This document shows positions 28,822-38,768 of a DNA stretch of 64,000 nucleotides, piece after piece; position 1 is the stretch's first letter; the number at the start of each line of letters is the position of its first letter. The notes below the pieces were generated by a model that was given only the letters and a program-made list of their open reading frames with translations, did no database searches and had not been told where the DNA came from. The translations under genes were made by a program, and so were the position numbers. This stretch comes from a virus (lineage: Duplodnaviria > Caudoviricetes), in IMG/VR virus record IMGVR_UViG_3300025889_000070; one strand, 5' to 3'.

Positions 28822-29460
28822 ATGGCTAGAACTCAGCGAGTAACAGGAAACTTAACACTGGATCCCTCCGGTGACTTTATTGTTTTGGCTGATACTGAGA
28901 TTACAGGAAACCTAACTGTAACAGGAACAACAACGACTGTTACTACTACAAATACTGCTATTTCCGATCGTCAGATTATTTTAAATGATGGTGAATCTGG
29001 TGCTGGTGTCACTGGTAGATACAGTGGGTTAGAAGTTGAACGTGGAAGTACTAGCAATTCTTGGTTAGTATTTGATGAAAATGATGACAAGTGGAAAATC
29101 AGCTACGATGGTGGGTCTACGTTTGCAATAGTAGCAACATCTGTAAGCGGCGGAAGTGAAGTAGTTGATGATACATCACCACAACTAGGTGGTGATCTAG
29201 AAGTAAATAACTTTAACATAGTCAGTGCTAATAGCAATGAAGACATTCAGCTGATACCCAACGGATCAGGCAGAGTTACTGCCGCAGGGCCACTTAAATT
29301 AAATGATCAAGCAAGTACCCCCAGTAGTGCAGTTGGCTCAACTATTCTTTATGCGGACACAGCCAGTGGCGGTGGCACCGGATTGTTTTTTGTAGATGGT
29401 AGCACTAGTGACGAACTGGTAAGTAAAAGTAAAGCCATCGTTTATGGATTAATATTTTAA
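28822..29460 (+). CDS. Virion structural/fibre-module protein
   Basis: TTTVTTTNTAISD..IILN...GLEVERG...FDE..DKW module shared with three downstream fibre segments. Confidence 0.75.
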   Translation: MARTQRVTGNLTLDPSGDFIVLADTEITGNLTVTGTTTTVTTTNTAISDRQIILNDGESGAGVTGRYSGLEVERGSTSNSWLVFDENDDKWKISYDGGSTFAIVATSVSGGSEVVDDTSPQLGGDLEVNNFNIVSANSNEDIQLIPNGSGRVTAAGPLKLNDQASTPSSAVGSTILYADTASGGGTGLFFVDGSTSDELVSKSKAIVYGLIF

Positions 29461-29472
29461 GGATTAAATATA

Positions 29473-29781
29473 ATGGCTATAGCGCAACAACTAGTTTCAA
29501 ATTCAGCAACTACAATTTATACATCAAGTGGCAGTAGTGCTACTACTGTTATTTTCTTTATGAATAATGACGCTAGTGCAAGAACACTAGACGTTTATGT
29601 TGTGCCTAACGGCGGCAGTGCAGGCACATCAACACAGATTATTAAAAATTTAAGTATTGATGCTGCTGATACCTATATTTTAAACATTGAAAAAATTGTG
29701 TTATCAAATGGTGACACTATTCAAGCAACAGCTAGTGCTATAAACAGTATATACGCTACAGTAAGTTATGTAGGTATCTAA
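29473..29781 (+). CDS. Small virion structural protein
   Basis: 102 aa, beta-strand-rich, within the fibre cluster. Confidence 0.7.
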   Translation: MAIAQQLVSNSATTIYTSSGSSATTVIFFMNNDASARTLDVYVVPNGGSAGTSTQIIKNLSIDAADTYILNIEKIVLSNGDTIQATASAINSIYATVSYVGI

Positions 29782-29783
29782 TC

Positions 29784-30215
29784 ATGCCTAGATTTGTTAA
29801 AGTAAAAGATCCAACTTTTAGTGTAAAGGCACTTGACGGCGGCGGGTTAAGTGTCCCAGTAGGAACAACAGCAGAGAGAAGTAATGTTCCTGTAGCTGGT
29901 GAACTACGTTTTAATTTAGATACAAGCAGTTTAGAAGTTTATAATGGAACGTCATTTGTTAGTGTAGCAAACACAGGCTTTGCGAGTATTACACAAGACT
30001 CATTTACAGGCGACGGATCAACTGTAGCATTTACAATGAGCACAAGTGTAACCAGCAACCAAACCCAACGTATCGTAGTTGCGGTTGGCAACGTTTATCA
30101 GAATCCAGCCAGTGCTTATACACTTAGCGGAACAACTATTACCTTTACAAGTCCTCCTGGCGCAGCAGAAACTATTACTGTTATTCACGGATATGATTCT
30201 GTAACATCTGGATAA
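29784..30215 (+). CDS. Small virion structural protein (PxGTT-ER and FTGDGSTxAFT modules)
   Basis: VPVGTTAER...GELRFN and SFTGDGSTVAFTM...YQNP..AYTLSGTTITF modules recur in 33854 and 38769. Confidence 0.75.
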   Translation: MPRFVKVKDPTFSVKALDGGGLSVPVGTTAERSNVPVAGELRFNLDTSSLEVYNGTSFVSVANTGFASITQDSFTGDGSTVAFTMSTSVTSNQTQRIVVAVGNVYQNPASAYTLSGTTITFTSPPGAAETITVIHGYDSVTSG

Positions 30216-30299
30216 AGTCCAATATAACATAAATAAACTTAACAGCACCCTGTCACCTCGGATGTTAGCATGGTGAGCGCAAGATAGCGGAGAACAAGT

Positions 30300-33200
30300 A
30301 TGGCTATTAGTCGTATTGGCGGCAAGGCTCTTAGAGCAAATCTAGAACGAGACTTAGATCTTGCGTTTAATACAGATACCCTAGTAGTTGATTACACCAA
30401 CAGCCGTATCGGTATTGGTACAACCAACCCTTCCCAATTATTCACAGTAGACGGACAAGGACAACTTACTAGTCTTAATGTTACAGACTTAACAAATACA
30501 AGAGTTGTATATGCTGGTGCTAGTGGGGAATTACAAGATAGTGCTCTGCTTACATTTGATGGCAGTGCTCTTACTGTTGATGGTTTACAACTTACAGATA
30601 ATAAAATTACTGCTACAAGGAGTAATGACGATATTGTTCTAGTTGCTAGTGGAACTGGTAATGTTAATGTTAATAGCAGCAAGGTTGTAAATGCTGCTGA
30701 TCCAACTAATGCTCAAGACCTTACAACGAAGGCATATGTAGACAGCCAAGTAAGTGGCGGTGCTATTAGCACTGGTATGCAGATTACACTAGGTACTCCG
30801 ACTGATAGCGATCTCACAAGTCCAGCAGCCTATACAGGCTGGACAAGCAGCGTAAAAGTAACAGATGCTATTGATGATCTCAATGAAATGGTTGAGAATG
30901 TTCGTAATAATACCTTTGTTAAAAGCACGGATTTTACAGCAGATCAAACAACAGGTGGTGCTGGTTTGGTAGTAACACTTACTATTACCAGTGTCGGCAA
31001 TCCTAATAGATATGATATTACTTGGGGCGATGGAAGTGTTACCACAGGCACAACAGATAGCACACCAACTCACACATATAGTACAAATGTTGGTTCACCT
31101 TTTGATGTAACTGTTAGAGCATACAACAATGGCGGTAGTGGTACTGGCAGTGAAGCAAGTAAAACTAGAGCAAGTTATATTACAATTTACACTGCAAATC
31201 CTGTAGTAAGTTTTGCAGCATATGCAGCCTCAAGTGGCGGTTCTCCTATTACACAATGGGACGACGGCGATACTGTATACTTCCAAAACAATACAACAAA
31301 CATTGGTGGTGCAACAATTCAGTTTACCTGGGACTGGGGTGATAGCGAAAGCGACGATGTAATTACAAATGACAGTTCAGCAGGCGGTACAGCTGGCGCA
31401 AGACTTGCTCATACATTTACAAGTAGCTCTGAAACAGATGTACAGCGTACCGTAAGACTTACGCTGGATAGTCACAGTACAGCAACGCCTGGTGTAACAC
31501 CTACAAACACAACTAACACCTATACTATATATGACACACATACTCCAAGCGTGACACTAGACGATAACAGTGGTGTGAACGAAGAAGGCACCAGCGGACA
31601 CGTTGTTACCTTTACAAATAATACAGAAGCAACCATTGGTAGTTTTGCAACATATGGGTTACAATATCAGTATCAATGGGGTGATGGTACAAGTAATACA
31701 ACTGTAAACGTTGGATCTGGTAGCAGTGGTGATACTGGTAATACTATAGCACACACGTATACACTTAGCTCTTCTAACCAAGCAAACGGTGTAGCAGTTG
31801 ACTACACTGGTAACTTGAGAGTTATTAGTAGTCACACAAGTTCACCTTTTATTAGTTCTAACTTTACAGTACATGTTGAACCAGATGTAAGGGCAAACAT
31901 TGCTGGTACCGCAGTGACAGTGAGTAATGGTAGCAGCGATAATCAGTATACAATTTATGACTTTACTGATTTACTTGGCAACAACCGTGCTCTAGTTCGT
32001 GCTACAAACACTTCTCAAAATGCAGATGATTATGTATACAACTGGGCAGACGGCAGCACAAACGATACACCAAGTGAAGATGGATCAAGTCCTGGCAGTA
32101 TAGGTGCTACACTAGATCATGATTATGCAGGTGAAAGTGCAAGCACTTACAATCTATCATTTACAGCAAATGGAACTCCAGACATAACTGCACAAACAGA
32201 TGTAGATACTAGCATTACATTTACTTTAAAAGCAACACCAAGTGCACCTGCAAACCTAAGCACAAAGAGTATAACACTTAGCGATGCTGCTCAAGGAACA
32301 TTGCCAGTATTGTGTGCAGGATTTGATGACAATACTGGTGCAGCAAGTACACTGACAGCAGGCACTGCTCTTAACACATCAACAGCTAGACGTTACACTA
32401 GCGGTACTATTGACACAAGTACAGTTGACAATGCTTACAATGGTGCAAGTGGTACACTAGCAGCAGAAATTAATGCTGTAAATGATGGCACAAAAACATT
32501 TACTACTACCACTGGGGAAACAGGAACATTTACAAGCCTTGTAGTTTCACAGCAAGTTGATTACAACAGCATCAATGGAAGTTACCCAAGTAATTTTTAC
32601 CAGGTGTTTGATGCTAAAATTACAAAAGCATTAACAGGTTATAGTGTAGGTCTAAACGCTCAACGATTAACACATGACGCAACAGGCAATACAAACTATG
32701 TACATGTTTTGCATGATGATGTTACATTAACACCAAATATTGCTGACAGCGGCACACTTACGGAAAGTTCGGGTGGTAGCAAGCGTTATATTTCAGGTAT
32801 TCCTTATTACAACACAGGTTCGCCTACACTACAACTTGCTGGTACAACAATAGATGATTTGACAGGTCAAGCATACACTAACCAAACAAATATCGTTGAG
32901 ATTGACAGTGGCACAAATGCCGAAGGGACAAGCAGCGCAGCAATTACTGGACAAGATTATACATATGCTGACATTGATGGTGCTAGTAGTATGCTTACAG
33001 ATGGTATTCCAAATGTAGACACTGGCGTGAGTTCAGCATATGCTATTGGTAACTTGAGTATTCCTGTAACAAGCTCTAGTGTAAGAACAGTTGAGCAATT
33101 ACAAATTCGTGCAAGAAACGCTAACGGCATTGGTAGTTATGCTAATATTACTGGAAAAGTTCAAGTGCATACCGCAGCGCAGAGCGGTATTAGTGAAATT

Positions 33201-33854
33201 GCTATTGCAGTAAGCGATAGTTTAGGTGCTGGATTTGATGACGACGGTGTTCGCATATTTGACTTTAATGCAGCAACTACAGATACACCAACATTCAATG
33301 GTGCTACAAACTTCTACACAAACAGTCCTTATACTGAAAGTGCAGATCCAGGTGTTGAAGGAACCAAAGAAGCAACTATTAGATTGGGTGTTCTTAAATA
33401 TGATGTAACAGATTATAGCACAGGCTTCCTGCCAGTAGGTCCAGATCGCAGTGCTGATACAGGAACACAATACTTTACATTTGCATTCCGTAGAACTACA
33501 ATGGCTAACTTTGATATTAACATTACAAGCAGTGGCATTGCAGGACTTTGGATTGCAGCGCCTGGCACTGCTATTGACAGTGCAAGTGGTCTTAATGGTT
33601 GGTTAGATGCAAGTACAACATACGGCGGCAGTGGTGTACCAGGAAGTAATACAGGCAACGGTGGTAACGGCAGTGATGGTTGTGCGTTTACTTCAGGTGA
33701 CAGAATAGCAACAAGCACTTCACTTAGTGGAGGTTACACAATGACATTAGGTAGTGAAAACGGTACTAACGCAACAGGCAATGTTGTGCTGGTGCGTATT
33801 GCACTAACAAGTGGGCAAAGTGTAACAGCACTTAGCGTAGGAGTTGCAAGTTAA
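30300..33854 (+). CDS. Large virion adhesin/fibre protein with PKD-like Ig repeats
   Basis: 1184 aa, Thr/Ser/Gly-rich; four W(G/A)D(G/S) PKD-type motifs (ITWGDG, WDWGDS, YQWGDG, YNWADG), each followed by H(T/D)(Y/F). Confidence 0.75.
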   Translation: MAISRIGGKALRANLERDLDLAFNTDTLVVDYTNSRIGIGTTNPSQLFTVDGQGQLTSLNVTDLTNTRVVYAGASGELQDSALLTFDGSALTVDGLQLTDNKITATRSNDDIVLVASGTGNVNVNSSKVVNAADPTNAQDLTTKAYVDSQVSGGAISTGMQITLGTPTDSDLTSPAAYTGWTSSVKVTDAIDDLNEMVENVRNNTFVKSTDFTADQTTGGAGLVVTLTITSVGNPNRYDITWGDGSVTTGTTDSTPTHTYSTNVGSPFDVTVRAYNNGGSGTGSEASKTRASYITIYTANPVVSFAAYAASSGGSPITQWDDGDTVYFQNNTTNIGGATIQFTWDWGDSESDDVITNDSSAGGTAGARLAHTFTSSSETDVQRTVRLTLDSHSTATPGVTPTNTTNTYTIYDTHTPSVTLDDNSGVNEEGTSGHVVTFTNNTEATIGSFATYGLQYQYQWGDGTSNTTVNVGSGSSGDTGNTIAHTYTLSSSNQANGVAVDYTGNLRVISSHTSSPFISSNFTVHVEPDVRANIAGTAVTVSNGSSDNQYTIYDFTDLLGNNRALVRATNTSQNADDYVYNWADGSTNDTPSEDGSSPGSIGATLDHDYAGESASTYNLSFTANGTPDITAQTDVDTSITFTLKATPSAPANLSTKSITLSDAAQGTLPVLCAGFDDNTGAASTLTAGTALNTSTARRYTSGTIDTSTVDNAYNGASGTLAAEINAVNDGTKTFTTTTGETGTFTSLVVSQQVDYNSINGSYPSNFYQVFDAKITKALTGYSVGLNAQRLTHDATGNTNYVHVLHDDVTLTPNIADSGTLTESSGGSKRYISGIPYYNTGSPTLQLAGTTIDDLTGQAYTNQTNIVEIDSGTNAEGTSSAAITGQDYTYADIDGASSMLTDGIPNVDTGVSSAYAIGNLSIPVTSSSVRTVEQLQIRARNANGIGSYANITGKVQVHTAAQSGISEIAIAVSDSLGAGFDDDGVRIFDFNAATTDTPTFNGATNFYTNSPYTESADPGVEGTKEATIRLGVLKYDVTDYSTGFLPVGPDRSADTGTQYFTFAFRRTTMANFDINITSSGIAGLWIAAPGTAIDSASGLNGWLDASTTYGGSGVPGSNTGNGGNGSDGCAFTSGDRIATSTSLSGGYTMTLGSENGTNATGNVVLVRIALTSGQSVTALSVGVAS

Positions 33855-34999
33855 TGGCTATTACAGATACCCAAAAAGTTGACTTCTTATGGAAAAAACT
33901 AGGCTTTGGTGCAACTAAAACAGATACCAATGCTAACAAAAAAGCACCTAACGAAGCTATTTCAAGCCCCCTATTATTGCGTGGCGACAAAGTTTGGAAA
34001 CAAGCAAGCAGTATTCCTGCTATTCAGCCAGGATCAAGTACTGGTGTTGTAACAGTCTACCCCACAAGTAGTCCTATTGAATGTACACTTGACGGTACAG
34101 CCACAGCAAATAGAACTTGGAAAACAGGACAAACAGACTGGATACCACCAGAAATTGCTTCAACATATCAGGCTAAAGTTTATATTCATACCAGTGGTAG
34201 TGCTGGAACCGCTGCAAGCGGTGGAACACAAGTATTTGCTACTGGTTCAGGCAATGATGATGAATGGTATTTTGATTATCAGTCAGGCACACTACATTTT
34301 ATTGGCACAAACTTACCTAATGGCATAAGTTTCTCAGGCAAGAGTGTCTATATTGCAGGATCTAGATACACAGGCACATTTGGCGTTGGTGCAGACGCTA
34401 GTGAACTTGGTGCCTTTACATTTACAGACAACAGAATACGAACAACTGTTACTAACGAAGAAATTATACTTGAACCTGCTGGTACCGGCCATGTTGCTAT
34501 TGATAGTACCACTGGACTTATTATTCCAGTAGGAACAACAGGTGAACGTCCAACAGCACAGACTGGTATGATACGCTTTAACAGCACTGATAGCCAAGTT
34601 GAAGTTTATAATGGAACTAGTTGGGTAAGTGTAGGCGCAGTAAACACAGTTACTTTTGATGAATTTGATGGTGACAACAGTACTACGGCATTTACCTTAA
34701 GTCAAACAGCCACAGCCGGTTCTGCCCTTGTAAGCATAAATGGTACCGTTCAAGAAGTAACAAATACCTATTCTATTAGCGGAACTACATTAACATTTAA
34801 TGAAGCACCTGCAAGTGGCGATAAGATACAAGTGCGTAACTTTTTTAGTGGCGCAAATTTAGCACCAGCAAGTAAGTTTGCTAGTTATACAACTAGTGCC
34901 AGGGATGCATTAAGTTCTAGCAATGGTGACGTTATATATAATACTACAACCCATAAGTTTCAAGGTTATGCAAACGGTGTGTGGGTAGATTTTCATTAA
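33854..34999 (+). CDS. Virion structural/fibre protein
   Basis: TAATG-coupled to 30300; contains IIPVGTTGERP...GMIRFN and FDGDNSTTAFTLS modules. Confidence 0.75.
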   Translation: MAITDTQKVDFLWKKLGFGATKTDTNANKKAPNEAISSPLLLRGDKVWKQASSIPAIQPGSSTGVVTVYPTSSPIECTLDGTATANRTWKTGQTDWIPPEIASTYQAKVYIHTSGSAGTAASGGTQVFATGSGNDDEWYFDYQSGTLHFIGTNLPNGISFSGKSVYIAGSRYTGTFGVGADASELGAFTFTDNRIRTTVTNEEIILEPAGTGHVAIDSTTGLIIPVGTTGERPTAQTGMIRFNSTDSQVEVYNGTSWVSVGAVNTVTFDEFDGDNSTTAFTLSQTATAGSALVSINGTVQEVTNTYSISGTTLTFNEAPASGDKIQVRNFFSGANLAPASKFASYTTSARDALSSSNGDVIYNTTTHKFQGYANGVWVDFH

Positions 35000-36042
35000 A
35001 ACTTAACCTCGTCTGTAACAATGGTGGTTAATATATTAATGTCTCCTCGTAAAACCTGAACTTCTACTTCTTGTTTGGGTTTAACATAATCCATAGCTAC
35101 ACCAACATCAGCTAAAGTTTTTATTTCTATTCCGTTAATTTTTTCCAGAATGTCATTTACTTTAAAATCTGATTTGTCCATAGGGCTATCTTTTATTATG
35201 TCCTTGATTATGATAACACCTCGTTTTACATCTACTGAAAAAGCTACTCCTAATCTACCTCTAGCAACGTTGCCTTCTTTAATTAGCGTATTAATAATAT
35301 ATTTTGCACTATTACTAGTAACACTAAAATTTATACCAACATTTCCGCCTGATCTTGTTGGACTTATTATAAAACTATTGATACCAACAACTTCTCCATT
35401 GGAGTTAAAAAGAGGACCACCACTATTTCCTTGATTAATACTAACGTCAGTTTGTATTACCTCTTGCCAGGTGTTTGATGTTCTTTTTTTTATGGCACTT
35501 ACTATGCCCTGTGTTACTGTCCATTGTTGTCCTATGGGATGCCCTATAGCAAAAACTTGATCACCCTGTCTTGATAAGTCACTGTTTCCTAATTCTAAAG
35601 GTGGTACAGTTTCCAATTTTATCTTACCCTGGGCATCCTCCATTTCTAGCACTGCTATGTCACTTACTTTATCAGTACCTACTAGTTTAGCTTTGTATTC
35701 TTTTAAATCGTTGTAGAAAACTATATAGAGTATACTATTAGCACTACTATTTGCTACATGATCATTTGTAATAATATATTTTTTATTTTCAACTTCAATT
35801 ATAAAACAACTACCTAATCCACTTCCTTCCAATTGGTTTTTCTTTTTCAAAAAATCTTCAAAAGGATTTTCTAAAATTTTATCACCTTTACTGTCTATTA
35901 CTACAGTACCAGGTTGAAATGTTACTATACAAACACTTTTTTTTACATGTTCTATAGTGTTAGAAAAACTATGACCAAAAAGATCACTTGATTGTAAAAC
36001 TACCCAGAGGCTTGCTACTACTAGCATCAATTTTTTCAACAT
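34996..36042 (-). CDS. HtrA/DegP/DegQ-family serine protease with signal peptide and one PDZ domain
   Basis: Catalytic triad ITNDHV, SDIAVL, GNSGGPL; IQTDVSIN; GRLGV PDZ entry; hydrophobic N-terminus MLKKLMLVVASLWVVL. Confidence 0.92.
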   Translation of the reverse strand: MLKKLMLVVASLWVVLQSSDLFGHSFSNTIEHVKKSVCIVTFQPGTVVIDSKGDKILENPFEDFLKKKNQLEGSGLGSCFIIEVENKKYIITNDHVANSSANSILYIVFYNDLKEYKAKLVGTDKVSDIAVLEMEDAQGKIKLETVPPLELGNSDLSRQGDQVFAIGHPIGQQWTVTQGIVSAIKKRTSNTWQEVIQTDVSINQGNSGGPLFNSNGEVVGINSFIISPTRSGGNVGINFSVTSNSAKYIINTLIKEGNVARGRLGVAFSVDVKRGVIIIKDIIKDSPMDKSDFKVNDILEKINGIEIKTLADVGVAMDYVKPKQEVEVQVLRGDINILTTIVTDEVKF

Positions 36043-36277
36043 AATTGTTTATTTTCCTTGCCAGCGCACTTTTTGATTGTGCTAGATTTTTATTATAACA
36101 GTCTTTACAGTAGTGTGTATCAGAACCTCTTTTGTACTCCTTGCTTGTTCTCTTAAATTCTATATTACAAGAATTACAGCGTAGAATATATTTTGTACCT
36201 ATAGTTTTTACAGTTTCTTTTTTACCATTTCTAGTTCTAGTAAAAGTACCCAAATATCTTTCAGTTCCAATCAACAT
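35984..36277 (-). CDS. Small basic zinc-ribbon protein
   Basis: Likely start MLIGTERY at 36277 (the track extends into the next gene); CNSC and CKDC pairs; overlaps the htrA start. Confidence 0.6.
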   Translation of the reverse strand: MLIGTERYLGTFTRTRNGKKETVKTIGTKYILRCNSCNIEFKRTSKEYKRGSDTHYCKDCYNKNLAQSKSALARKINNYVEKIDASSSKPLGSFTIK

Positions 36278-36345
36278 AAAAATATTTAGCACACTGCTAG
36301 ATTGAAATGTAAATAAATATATAAAATGTTCCAGGAGATCTATGA

Positions 36346-36933
<588 letters not shown>

Positions 36934-36943
36934 GGAGTGACCA

Positions 36944-38608
36944 ATGGCTAAACAAACAATTAACATTGGCACCAACCAAGATGATGGTACAGGTGATTTA
37001 CTAAGAGTTGCTTTTCAAAAAATAAACAGTAACTTTAGTGAACTCTATAACGAAGTAGGTGGTGATAGTTTAAGTAATCTGCGCTTTAGTGGTAGTACTA
37101 TTACAACTGATATTACTAACAGTAATCTTATATTAAATCCTAACGGAACAGGACAAGTTAGAGTAGAAAGTAATAGTTTGTTTGTTGGAAACACTGTTGT
37201 AACTGGCAATGCTACTATTCAAACAAATTTGGCCGTAAATGGTAACACCAGTTTAACAGGTACTCTAGCAGTTACTGGAACAACTACACTTGGAGCATTA
37301 GTTATAACCAGCGTCAGCGCAGGCAGCGGAACATATACTGGTAACATAACAGTACAAGGAAACACAGATCTTCAAGGCAACGTTGATATTGGTGATAGTA
37401 CAGCAGACACTGTAACAGTGACTGGTAGATTTGATAGTAGTCTTGTACCCAGCAGTACAGAAACAAACGACATTGGTAGTGCCAGTTTACGCTGGCGAGA
37501 CATATACGCTCAAGATGGTAATTTTAGTGGTAATATTGATGTTACTGGCAATGTTACCATTGGCGGTAACATTACAATTGGTGACAGTGATACAGATAGC
37601 ATCAGTATTAGTGCTGACCTTACCAGCAATATTATTCCAAATGCTGGAAGTACATATGACATAGGTAGTTCGGGAAAACCCTGGGCAAATGTATATGCTG
37701 ATACAATAACAGGTGCTTTATCTGGCAATGTTACGGGCAACGTAACAGGAAATATTACAAGTAGTGGAACAAGTACATTTACTACAGTTGATATAAATGG
37801 TGGTGCTATTGATTCTACACCCATTGGCGCTACAACCCCAGCAACAGGAACGTTTACTGAAATAAATGTAGATCTTATTAATATTAATACACAAACAATA
37901 AGCACAAGTGGTGGTGATTTACTATTAAATCCCGCTGGTAATATTAGTGCTAGCAGTAACCTTATTACACAACTAGCAACACCAGTTAGTGGTAGTGATG
38001 CTGCAACAAAATCATATGTAGACGCAACGAATTGGGTACTTGTAGACGACACGAGCACAGCAACAACCATTGGTAGAGGAGAAAATCTAGCTATTCTTGG
38101 TGGCAGCGGTGTTAGTACCGTAACTACTAACGACACACTCACAATTAGTAGTTCAGATACTCTTGCTCTAGTCACTGGAAGAGGTAGTAGTACTAGTACA
38201 GCAGTAAACTTTACTGGGGGTGTGACAGCAAGTCAACTTACAGTAGACAGTATTACTATAAATGACAACAATATTACTACAAATACAACTAACGCAGACC
38301 TTGTTTTTGTTCCTGCAGGGACAGGAAATGTTGTAGTTGACAGTAGCATCAGAATGACTACACAGTTAGGAGATCCAACAACTGACTCAAGTAGTGGATA
38401 TGTATATGTTAAAAATGATGCGGGCGCTGAAGTACACGTTATGGATGGTGCTGGAAACGTCACTAAAATATCTCCTCACAATGATGCCGGAGAATGGGAG
38501 TATTACAGTGTAAACAAAAGAACTGGTAAAACAGTTCGTGTGAACATGGAACGCATGATTAGAAAATTAGAAGAACTCACTGGCGAAACGTTTATAGAAG
38601 ATAAATAA
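36944..38608 (+). CDS. Second gp9/gp10-like N-terminus fibre protein
   Basis: [35 protein letters not shown]; beta-strand repeats; AATKSYVD motif. Confidence 0.75.
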   Translation: MAKQTINIGTNQDDGTGDLLRVAFQKINSNFSELYNEVGGDSLSNLRFSGSTITTDITNSNLILNPNGTGQVRVESNSLFVGNTVVTGNATIQTNLAVNGNTSLTGTLAVTGTTTLGALVITSVSAGSGTYTGNITVQGNTDLQGNVDIGDSTADTVTVTGRFDSSLVPSSTETNDIGSASLRWRDIYAQDGNFSGNIDVTGNVTIGGNITIGDSDTDSISISADLTSNIIPNAGSTYDIGSSGKPWANVYADTITGALSGNVTGNVTGNITSSGTSTFTTVDINGGAIDSTPIGATTPATGTFTEINVDLININTQTISTSGGDLLLNPAGNISASSNLITQLATPVSGSDAATKSYVDATNWVLVDDTSTATTIGRGENLAILGGSGVSTVTTNDTLTISSSDTLALVTGRGSSTSTAVNFTGGVTASQLTVDSITINDNNITTNTTNADLVFVPAGTGNVVVDSSIRMTTQLGDPTTDSSSGYVYVKNDAGAEVHVMDGAGNVTKISPHNDAGEWEYYSVNKRTGKTVRVNMERMIRKLEELTGETFIEDK

Positions 38609-38768
38609 ATTTAAATAGCGAACTCCCTCGCAAAAATCTCCCTTTTATCATAGCTGTCATAATGTTTTTTTATGCAGTGTATTCTGCTGAATAAAGCGCA
38701 CATACTTAAAAACATGAAATATTTGGTAAATAACTGTAATACATATGTATTCTTGGAGGAATTAAAAT

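Noticed and set aside
38609-38768. 160-nt gap before the 1350-aa fibre as ncRNA
   Set aside because: Only a weak TATTC/GAATA hairpin is present; the rest is AT-rich sequence around a late promoter.
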